DNA from: Halocafeteria seosinensis
Lineage: Eukaryota
NCBI GenBank assembly: GCA_001687465.1
Contig: LVLI01000242.1
Coordinates: forward strand, 62,001 to 89,601
Reading direction: 5' to 3'
DNA length: 27,601 nt
Under the pieces are notes generated by a model. The model was given only the letters and a program-made list of their open reading frames with translations. It made no database searches and was not told the origin of the DNA. A program made the translations under genes and the position numbers. Shown in pieces: positions 13,969 to 24,061 of this stretch (its first letter is position 1; each line of letters starts with the position of its first letter).

Positions 13969-16026
13969 ATGAAGAAGAATGATGCCAAGACCAGCCGTGA
14001 AGGCCTGTCTGATGATGAAGTTAAGGCTCTCCCGACTCTGGAGTACACTCTATTCAAGACATTTGGGGTCTTTGTGTCAATTTCGATGATTTTGATTTGC
14101 GCCATGTAAGCGTTTTATTGTTTGAACTGAGTGCGAATGGTCCAGCTATTTCAACGCTCGTCGTTGCTCTCCCCTTTGGTACAGTCTGATTACCAGCATC
14201 GTCGTCACGGGAAATGCCACCGAGTCCATTTCAGAAGATGGGTTAAATGATCAAATTGACGTCCACCTGACCTCAAGTGCCGTCGAATTAAGTGCTAAAG
14301 TAGGATTAAGACTAAAGACTATCGAAGACTCAGTTGTCAAGTTTTCTGCTGGAATACACTCTGAAGCCTATCTCGGCAAGGACGTGCTTGAAGTCCCTGA
14401 ACCTGACTTCCGCAATACCGATTCGGAGCTAGCAGATGAAGTGGGTCCAATTGATCGGTTTGGAGATGTAGACGAGGAAGGTACGCTGGAAAACTCTGTG
14501 TGGTTTTTTAATGGTAACCAAGGCACGCCAGACACCGATAACGTAAGTATGAGAGTGGACTTTCTGTGTCATACTGGTAGCAGCACCCGTTGCATACTTC
14601 TAGCTTCAGATTCGCAATTCTAGTTCCAAGATGCACTATTTTTACCGGAGCTTATGGCGAAATCACGAGTCAGTCATTGCCATGTATACGGGTGAGTTTT
14701 CTTTCGCTGGTTTGTTTTACAGAGCTGCACTTACATTCAGCATTATTCGTGTATGTACAGGATACCAGGAGAACCAGCTGTACCGTTACTATCCAGGTAA
14801 GCATCGTTTCGTATGCTTGCAAAGTGGACCGTTGGATCACTCTTATCTCCCGTGAATGATTTCCTCAGGAAGAGTGCAGTTCGATAATGGCTTTAACCCA
14901 CTCGTAAGAGATTGGTATATAGCAGCTAGGGACGCTGAAGGTGATGACGTCGGACACGACGGACCATATGTGGATGCATTTGGACACGGTATGAAGCTGA
15001 AGAAACCACCGCTTTGAGGTTTTCTGAAACTCGGACCCTGTTCCCTATGTTGTCTCTGCAGGATGGATGATAACTATTTCGAAGGCTTTTTGTGCCAACA
15101 GCGCTCGTACCTCTGCTGTAGAGTGTGAGACAAACGACAACAACCTTGTCGGCGTTGCGGCTGCTGACATAACCATCGGTGCACTCCAAAAAGAGATACT
15201 AAAAGTTCAGTTTTTTGATGAAAATACAGCTACAATGGTGCGTTATTCCGACGGAGCAGTAGTGGCTAGTCAGCATTGGGACTCTGAGGCCACGGAAACT
15301 GACCAAAACGCTGAACCACCTTTTATCTATGATTTAGAAGGCAGTGGGATCGACCAAAGCCAATGGCAAGAAATTAGGGACGCTTCCGAAGGTGCAAAAG
15401 TTATCAGGTATACCAAGACTGATGGAACAAAGTGGGTCCTTGCCCGTTCTTTCGTGCCTCTACACGAAAGCGATCGTCCTGGAGAATCGGACTCTAGCAC
15501 GGGGAATAGCAAACCTCCCCGATATGTCATTTTTGTAGAAGCTGAAGAGGATACTGTGAAAGCCCCGCTAGAAGACATGAAAGATGAAATCGATAGCTCC
15601 AAGAGAAATTTAATCATCATTGCCGTCTTCTTGAGCTTAGCCGTTTGGGTACTTGTGCTCGGTTTAATTAAGTTTACCGCTTTTAAAATTACTGGCCCCC
15701 TGAGGAAAATGATGGAAGTGGCCACTGTAATTACGAGCGAGGCTGCAAACGATACAGGAATGGAGGGAGAATTGTCAACAGACATCCCGGAACCAAATGA
15801 CGAAATTGGAGAGGTACGAGTCAATAACTGAGCTCAGTGTCATGCGTTGTTTTTATATGTCGGTGTTTTGGAAGTGCAGTTTGTCCGAGAATTCCAGACG
15901 ATGGTTCATGGTCTTAATAAGGGCGGTGTCAAAGGTACCAAAGTGCACGATTACGTTCAGAATCCATTCTATCGCGAACAGGGATCTACTCAGCCCTTAC
16001 CATGGTCTAGTGCTCTGTCCAAATAG
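13969..16026 (+). CDS. Transmembrane receptor copy 1: TM1 - extracytoplasmic dCache - TM2 - HAMP - short tail; exons 13969-14105, 14185-14542, 14604-14691, 14761-14796, 14869-14988, 15062-15813, 15880-16026
   Basis: Six GT-AG introns give one open frame. Cache motifs YRYYPG, FNPLVRDWY, GPYVDAF, MITIS, GVAAADI. HAMP pattern ITGPLRKMMEVATVI...NDEIGEFVREFQTMVHGL. The ATG follows a CAG, so an upstream exon is possible. Confidence 0.8.
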
Positions 16027-17053
16027 ATCGAAATAAGGCTGAAATCCAATAGAACACCATTGACGCACAACCCCGTTGTAGCTTTACACGTACTCCTCCC
16101 ACAGACTTTCCATGCCAGTGCGGTTTCATCAGTTAAGGCGATAAGCACGCATTTCCACCCTGTTCGGTTTAGCTTCTTACCACGGTGCCTATCAACGCAT
16201 CGCTTAACCAGTTCCCGGCCGTTGGGCTAGATTAAGCCGAGTCCAGAATTGCGAAGAAACCTCGTGGACACCACGTACTCTCTACCGCAGGAGGCGATGG
16301 ATACATTGCTAAGTCTCTAATGCGTCAGCGCGTGGTATTCTCATCCATCCCATTGATGCACCATGCGATCAAAAGTGGACTTCGGTGGATACCGATGCGG
16401 CAAGCAACTCCGCGAGTTGTAACGGTAGCCTTTAGTTTCTGTAGCGACTGAATAACGCATATGCAGGAGCTATAAGTAGCAGTCAATTCTATCCGCACTC
16501 TGAGCATTTTACTTTGGGGAGCAACGCTTCCAAGTTGTGTAGTTTTTAATGCAACAAATCGTGGCACTCTTTCCCTTCACAGCACTCGAGGAGTCTCGAA
16601 CCTTCCCTCGGGGTACTTGTTGGAGGGGCCTCCGAGGGGGTCGTACAGGGAACCAAAAAAGTTCAAGCAGAGAACCAACATTCTGCCCAGTGGTTCGTCC
16701 AGTTCCCAACTTATGTTGGCCTCCTCAAGGGTATTGTCAGCGCATCGTAGTGAAGTATATGTGTGTCTTGCGTAAATTGAATTGACACAGCAACCAGCAG
16801 CGCAGGAGCCTGTGTACGTAGCTTTCTGTGTTGGTACGAGCTCTTCTCGTGCAGAACATCCCTGCACTTTTGGTAGCTCGCATACGAAAAAGTACAAGAA
16901 GGAGCCAATACGTATATCAAACGTAGAGCAAAGTACTCCATTTGAATCGAAGGAACGGGTTCGAAGTTCGTGACCTGTTGAACTGACGGTGTAAAAAGTG
17001 TCTTGTACCGCTGTTGGAAGGACAAAGCATCCCGAGAGGAGAGGAGAGGGAAG

Positions 17054-19008
17054 ATGTCGAACCTTGATGGAAAACATGATAACGCCAAGATGGGGATGGC
17101 GGACGAAGAAATCAACAAACTCCCCACCTTGGAAAGAACTATGGTGAAGACCTTCGGATTATTTGTTAGCATTTCGATGGCGCTCATTGTTGCCATGTAA
17201 GTGTTCGCGCGGTTCGAATCTTAAGCGACGTTGGTCGTGATCGTGCTGCGCTGTGCTTTGCGTTGCAGTCTCATTGTAAGCATCATTGTTACTGGGAACG
17301 CAACGGAAAACATTTCCGAAGAAGGGTTGGAGGATCAGATCAAAGGGCACCTGCGCTCGAGTGCCGAAGAGTTAACCGCGAAGATCGATCTTCGTTTTTC
17401 AACTGTAGAAGACTCTGTTGTCAAGTTTATGGCATCAATACATGGACAGGCGGCTGAAGATGGCTCCTCGGATATTCTTGAGTTTCAAGAGGACAAGAAC
17501 TTCGAAACGAATGAAATGTGCGACGTGATGCAGGAACTGTTTGTTCGACTCCCTGAGGATAAAAACGGTACCCTTGACTACTCAGTTTACGGCTTCGGTG
17601 AAAGCGTGGATAGCATAGACTCAACGACAAGGAAAAACATTAACGACAGTTTCACTATGCAATATTTCTATCGCAACCTATGGAGAAATAATGATCCTGT
17701 TGTTGCGATGTATACAGGTAGGAAGTATCATGCGTGAAGTCATATACGAATGCGGCTTGGCACGCTTTGCTTATCCCATGATCTTGCAGGATACGAGAAC
17801 TCAAAAAGTCTTTGGCGATACTATCCAGGTATGTCACATTAGTTCAGTATCTGTTGCGTTAATAGAGAGCTCTCAAGACGGCGAATCGGCTCCGGCATAC
17901 AGGAGTGTGTGGAATAGACTTCAAACCCTTGGACCAAAGGCAATGGTATACATTGACAAACGTGGACGGTTCCCGCAACCAGATTAATCACATTGGTCCA
18001 TACAAAGATGCTTTCGGCCTTGGTATGTTCACGTATGATGCGAGCATTTCGGATTGATCATGTTACTTCTTGCGCTGCCACGGATGCGCAGGCTGGATGA
18101 TAACCATTGCGCATGGCGTGTTCAGTGGAGGCATTCCAGAACAAGATGAAGATGCTAATGACAACAAGTTTATTGGCGTTAGTGCTGCAGACATTACTCT
18201 AGACCAGCTCCAACGGGAGATTCTTAGTGTACGATTTTTTAACCAGTCTACCGCCAGTATGTTCCGATATGAAGACGAGCGAGTTGTGGAAGACCCGTTC
18301 TGGGATGGGAATAAAGGCGAAGGGATCGATGACCCTACGTCACCAGCCGGTGGAGTGGCAACTCCCAAAGTTGAGGACGTGCATCCGGGAATCGGAAGTG
18401 TTATGAGTCAAATTAAAGATCTCGATGAAGGATCTAAGATCATCACGTATGAACGAGATGGTAAAACTTGGATTCTTGCCAGAGCTTTTGTTCCTCCGCA
18501 TCCTGATGTTGCCATCAATCCCGATAGCACATTCGAGGAGTGGAAAAATCCCCGATACGTCGTATTCGTCGAAGCACCCGAAGAAGAAGTGCTAAGTCCT
18601 CTGAGTGATTTACGAGATGAAATCAGTGCCTCTCGTCGGAACCTTGTAATCATTGCAGTTTTTCTGTCCATTGGTGTCTGGCTCATCGTTTTGGGATTAA
18701 TTAAATTAGTTTCCAACAGAATTACAGGACCGCTTCGCCGAATGATGGACACTGCCAAACTCATTACTGACCAAGCTGCGGAAGATGACCAGATGGAAGG
18801 TGAGCTCGACACTGACATTCCAGAACCCAATGACGAAATTGGCGAATTTGTTCGCGAATTCAAGACCATGGTGCATGGTTTAAACAAAGGAGGTGTGAAA
18901 GGGAGCAAGGTCCATAATTACATCGACAACCCTTTCTATCGCCCCGAAGGCGCTTCCAAGCCGGAGTTACCATGGGAAGATGTACTCCGCGACATTAATA
19001 AACGATAA
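17054..19008 (+). CDS. Transmembrane receptor copy 2 (tandem paralog): TM1 - dCache - TM2 - HAMP - short tail; exons 17054-17196, 17269-17717, 17790-17828, 17903-18022, 18092-19008
   Basis: Colinear with copy 1 (LPTLE.T..KTFG.FVSISM, VTGNATE.ISE.GL.DQI, WRYYPG, QRQWY, GPYKDAF, GVSAADI, ITGPLRRMM...PNDEIGEFVREFKTMVHGL). Four introns at the same positions and phases as four of copy 1's introns. Confidence 0.82.
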
Positions 19009-19103
19009 AGTGGTTTGTGCAATAATTGACCTGTGGAAGGGGATTGTCTTGTGCTTCCCTTTTCTTTATGTACTTAAAAAAAAAAATTAAATAAAGCAAC
19101 ACA

Positions 19104-20738
19104 ATGATGATGATACGAACGGCTTCGGGTCTCTATCGACGCATTCTCCCCGTGTTGGCATTGTCGTCTTCGAGAGGGCGGCAGGAGGCCTTAGTCTGCG
19201 GCCGGACGCATTATGCACGTTTCCTCTGCTATCCATACACGACTAGGACACAGAAGAGGCCCATCAAGAAGCAGGGGAAGCAACAGAAAACCCAATGGGC
19301 GCCTGATCAGCCCGTATACGGCACCGTGGAGGAGGTGCATAAGGACCATTGGAGGGTGCATCTGGAGGGGTTCGGAGACGCCAAGTTGCCAGAGACACAA
19401 TGGATAAGGAATCCTCCCGGGAAAGGAGCTCGAGAGGTATTTTTCATCCAGTCCATGGAGGAGGACAATGTACCAAGTACGTACGACTACGATTCCTATG
19501 TGTGCGTATGGTACACTTGTCAGTGCGTTGATGTCATGCAGATGTCGCATTGCATCCCCATGGCAAGAAATCCGTGGACGATTGCGAAGCCCAAGTCAAG
19601 CTCTGGTTTGTAAGTACTATGCCAGGCACACAGACACACTTATCTCGTGTTTGTTACGTTTCGTGTGATGCAGAGTCGACATGGGAATTTGCTTCCGCTG
19701 ACACAAGAGGCTTCGACACTGGAAATCTATCAGAAACTGGGAATGTCCAAGAAACAGTTCAAAAGTGTTATATCAAGATTACTGAAAGACAAGAAGATAT
19801 TCATGTTTTCGGATACCATCAGTTACGTGGGAAATTCGACTTCGGGAGACAACAGTGGCGGGCTGAACAAGAAACAACGTTCGCTTGTAGCCAAGAATCA
19901 TGAGTTTAAGAAGCAGCGTGAAAAAAATGTGAAGGCATCTGTTGAGCAGCACTATGGATTGCTTGATGAGAATTGGAAAAGCAACAGAAGGCGAACCTCG
20001 AAGCCGGTCCCGTTAATGGTGACAGACAGTGGTCCAAGTGTCCGGTCTTCTGTCGACCACGCCAAAAGACTCGGTAGAGGCAGCAGTTTCGTTGCTTTCG
20101 GAGAAGTTGCGCCCACGCATACCGACCTCCCTTTCATCAAAGACGACAGAGGAACTCAGCAGTTGGTTAAAGCGAGTAGGAAGCATGAATATCAGGAAGA
20201 GCATGGGGACGATATATATTCCGATTCGGAAGCAAGTCCAGAAGAATGGGAGCTTTCCTCGACCCCAATGGACGCAGAAGACTGGAGAAGGAAGGAAGAA
20301 GACGTTGCAAGAAAATATGGTTATCAAGTGTTAACGATGCCTGGAGCCATAGAAGAAAAGCCAATAAACGAATCGACCGAGTCAGTAACACGTAGCCGTC
20401 AACAGCATACAGAATCGAAGTCGAAATATAGAAGGAAGTCTAAGAGAGATGACACAAAACGGAGTGCTAATAAACCTCTAACGAAGAAAGATGACGAATT
20501 ATACGGCAATGCCAATTTTGAGCTTGAAGTCGATGATAATGTCGCCGATCTCGCCTTTTTTGAACGAGAGCTAGGTGATATGTTTGGAGGATATGATGAA
20601 ATACAGTCAGATGACGAAGAGTATATCAGATCAATGAATAAAGCAAGGGAGAGTCCACGTTTTCTATCACAAAAGAAGTTACGCCAAATTCGCCGTGCGG
20701 TGCACCGCAGACAAGTGAAAGAGATAAATAGATATTGA
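19104..20738 (+). CDS. Putative organelle-targeted RNA-binding protein with CvfB-like S1 and winged-helix domains plus a long charged C-terminal region; exons 19104-19476, 19542-19609, 19674-20738
   Basis: Introns 19477-19541 and 19610-19673 give a continuous frame: VYGTVEEVHKDHWRVHLEGFGDAKLP...NVALHPHGKKSVDDCEAQVKLWFSRHGNLLPLTQEASTLEIYQKLGMSKKQFKSVISRLLKDKKI, which resembles the CvfB C-terminal S1-WH. Arg/Ser-rich, acid-poor N-terminus. Confidence 0.6.
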
Positions 20739-20853
20739 TGGCTTGCTTAAATTGCAGTTTGTTCGTCACTGTCTAATCACGTTATACATAATTACGTGGA
20801 CCCTGGATCTTCACAGACTTGGACCCTCCCTAATGAGGCTCCTTTAGGCAGAC

Positions 20854-22744
20854 TCACATTGCAGGAAACTCTTTCACTGCTTCTCCGATCTGTTTCAAGT
20901 AAGCTAGCACCTCTACATTGCCTGTTATAAGCGACGTACTGTGGTATGGAATTCCATGCTTTTTACACAAAGGTTCAATGAACCGGCGAGCCTGTGGGAG
21001 ACTGTGTCGCGGCATACTAGGAAACAAATGATGTTCAATCTGATAATGTAGCCCACCCATGAACCAGCCGGTGAATCCTAGGGGATCGTCATCAATGTTT
21101 CTCGTAGTCGCGATTTGCTGCTCTCCAAACCCGGGACGTTCCATGGCGTCGTAGACTTCCATGCCATTGTGGCCTACTCCGAAGGCTACGGCGAGCAGTA
21201 AACCGCAAAAACACTCTGCAGCAACGAAATACATGAAACCCGCTCCAATACCCATGTTAGTAAATATCATAGTGCCAAGGACCACATAGTGGAGCGCAAT
21301 TCCTAAGGGTTCCAATAAAGGGTACCGCAAAGACTTCCTTCTGTCAGAATCAATCCACCCAGTTTTCACGTTGAATGCGAATGCGACCGACTGCTGAGCC
21401 CACGAGAGCCGGGCGACGAACAAGATAGGAAAATATAGAATTGACTGGTATTTGATACACGTCTTAGCCACTCCAGAGTCTTCCGAAAAAGCCTTTTTCG
21501 CCATTCTAACGCTCCACGCGAGGAGTGGCATAGTATCGATGTCAGGGTCTCCATTGTGCTTTTCGTTGCTGAGAGATTCCGTGTTAGGTATCGCATGGTG
21601 CGTGTTATGCTTGTTCTTCCACCATTCCAAAGAGAAACCTTGAAAGAAGTTGCCGACGGTTAGGGTGGTCAAATCATTTAACAAACGATTGTCAAATACT
21701 TGATGATGGGCAAAATCATGCGACAGCCAACCACATTGTTGCCAGAAGAATGCCAGCAACCAAGCTGAACAGAGTCTTATAGCCCAACTCTCCCCAGCCA
21801 AAGTAAGTAAGTACCAAGAAGCGCCGAAAAGGCACAGTACGGATGCGAATTTGTACAAGTAGTAGAATGGGCTGCAGTAAACATCAAGCGTGAACAGGTT
21901 TGATACTTAGTGAAAAACCACAAATATTGGACAACACAAGCACACCTTGCTTCAAAGTATCCAGCTTTTTGCAACTGGATTCTCAGAGTCCGAAGATCTT
22001 GCTCAAACGTCCGTTCCTTCGTTTGCGATTGTGTCGTGTCCAAGCGGCCAATCTTAAAACGCTCGAGCTCAGACCATACAGAAGCAGGATGGAAAGCAGT
22101 GAAAATGTCCGTTGCTTCTCCACCCGCGTGCGAGAAAATAACCCTCCCACCAGGATGATCATACCATCCAGACACGTCATAGACCTGTATAGTGTAGTTG
22201 AAGATTAGTGAACGCCGTTAAAAAGAGCATCAGACTGAAGCTGCGGGCTAGCCTTCCCCACCTCACGCTCAATACGCATAATAGGAGACCAGACGAACCA
22301 GACAACCATATTGAAGCCACTACACTCTGCAAATTTGTATAAAACCAAGCCAGAATGGCTTTCCCCCTCCTCTGGAGTCACTGGCGTATCCAAGTTTATC
22401 TTCCTTCGTCCTCAATGCAGCAAGGCACCATCTATGAACCATAGGCTCATCACGGTAGAAATAATGATCTTTTTCGTTTTCACCCTTCCAATGATTGATA
22501 CAGGAGCCAACAAAAGTTCAAATGCCGGGGAAAGGCGGCTGGGAAAAGCCGAGGAGAAAGAAAACAAAGCCCCTGCACAGGGTTATCTTACCTTGGAAGC
22601 CAGCACTAGCCATGCATCATCTGGTGTACTATGTTTACGCACTTCCTCGATCGATATAAGGCGCTCATGTTCCTTCGACTTTTGTTTTTGGTGGCCTTTT
22701 TCCTGCAGCGTGCAGGTGGACTCTGTTTTGCCGCCCACACCCAT
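20854..22744 (-). CDS. Front-end (cytochrome b5-fused) fatty-acid desaturase, delta-6-like; exons 22744-22592, 22184-21946, 21871-20854
   Basis: Start MGVGGK, b5 motif HPGG, histidine boxes HDFAHH, WWKNKHNTHH and QIEHHLFP, plus DPDIDTMPLLAWS as in oomycete/diatom delta-6 desaturases. Introns 22591-22185 and 21945-21872. Confidence 0.92.
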
Positions 22745-22900
22745 GGTACACTATATCCCTGCAGTTGTTTAATGAAACACAGACTGGAGCCAAAAAAGCA
22801 CGATAATACAAGAATTCCAGCACGAAAACGACGGAAAGGGGTGTGCAACCAACGCAAAGAAGATACAGCCTGTCATACTATCTACAGGGATGTGCTGCAG

Positions 22901-23600
22901 TCAAATGGCCCCGCCTTGTATGCAGAAAGAGGCTGTTAGAGGACGCACGTGGAAATATTGGATACAGAATTTGCCGTGGTTCCCCGGTACCTGCGCAATC
23001 CCGTACGAAATGAGAATGGTGTCGAGAGCGAGGAAGACAATTATTGAATTTCTTTCCAATATGCTCACGGAGTGGAAAACTTCGGAGTCGCTCGCAACTG
23101 CGACTGCTCCGGCAATGGCTTTCAGACGTGCGAATTTTCTCATCCAGAGCTAAATTTACAGCACTCGACCGGTGCCTCCGTACCGAAGGGAGTCTCCGGC
23201 AGGTCCCTTCCTACTTCATCGAGCGTTGCCATTGCCGACACCAAGGAGCTCATGAAAGCAATGCTCGGATTCAAAAGCCCCCATCCTAAGCCACCCATTT
23301 TCACAGGAAGAGCAGCACGCGTCACAACCGCGTCACTTAACTCGGCACCATGGGGTAATTGGAGTGCTCTCTTGAGGAAATTCAGCAGCTTCCCCACGAA
23401 AAGATCCACGATGCCCTCCATGACATCCGGTCTTATGCAACGGAGCCAGTAATTGGACTGCCGGGACAGACAGTTGGCGACAAGGCGCAAGACAGCCTGC
23501 GGAGGCAGGTTGTGCTCTGCAGCATTGGAAAGGAATGGCAAGTTGGCCGCGTTGGAGATACAGAGAAAACTAGGTATGACATCCGGGAGCATGAGGGTGA
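22901..23600 (-). mobile_element. Degenerate fragment of a non-LTR retrotransposon (CRE-like/RLE clade, post-RT thumb region)
   Basis: ORF 23140..23658 reads NYWLRCIRP...F...L...RAALPVKMGGLG...AFMSS, typical of the region after the RT domain in early-branching non-LTR elements. A stop at 23140 is followed by an ARLKAIAG segment. No YxDD core is present. Boundaries are approximate. Confidence 0.6.
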
Positions 23601-23824
23601 CATACTCGGACTTGACTCGGAAGCGAAGTTTGTTTCGTTTTTGGCTTTTGCTCCTCATACTACGGAAGTCGACAACTTACCTCCTGTCTTCTTCTCCGAC
23701 GCCTGCCACATGAAAGATACAGGATATCTTTTCTCGATTTTTTTTTGGCCGAATTTTGGAAAATCGTATCACCCGCGAAAATCGTAAAACAATTCGGCTA
23801 TTTTGTTCAGCCACCGGTTTCAAA

Positions 23825-24061
23825 ATGATTTCTGTTCAGGAAGAGGAAGAATTGAAAGCCTACGAAGAAGAAGATGTTTTGTCTGATGAAGGAAACGACA
23901 CAAACGACACGTCTGAATATGTGCCAACCGATGACGACGGCGACGACGATTCATCGGTATCAACGCAAAGAGACTTGGGCAATCGTTTGGCCAAAGACTT
24001 GGAAAACCTGAATGTGGATTCCTCAGATGGGTTCTACACCGCTTCCGATGGCAATTCTTAA
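23825..24061 (+). CDS. Small highly acidic protein (78 aa), unknown function
   Basis: ATG in CAAAATG context and a D/E-rich sequence. Its stop overlaps the recombinase stop on the shared TTAA at 24058-24061. Confidence 0.5.
   Translation: MISVQEEEELKAYEEEDVLSDEGNDTNDTSEYVPTDDDGDDDSSVSTQRDLGNRLAKDLENLNVDSSDGFYTASDGNS

Noticed and set aside
16325..17196. Several overlapping 60-166 aa ORFs between the two receptor paralogs
   Set aside because: No motifs or consistent splice pattern, and some overlap the start of copy 2 in antisense. Treated as intergenic.
17200..17225. GGTTCGAATC resembling a tRNA T-loop/B box
   Set aside because: It lies in a 72-nt intron and no cloverleaf or acceptor stem can be built around it.
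22200..22470. Possible U3 snoRNA (GAGCGTGA box B-like and GTCTGA box D-like)
   Set aside because: No box C between B and D and no proper box A/A', so the order and spacing do not fit U3.
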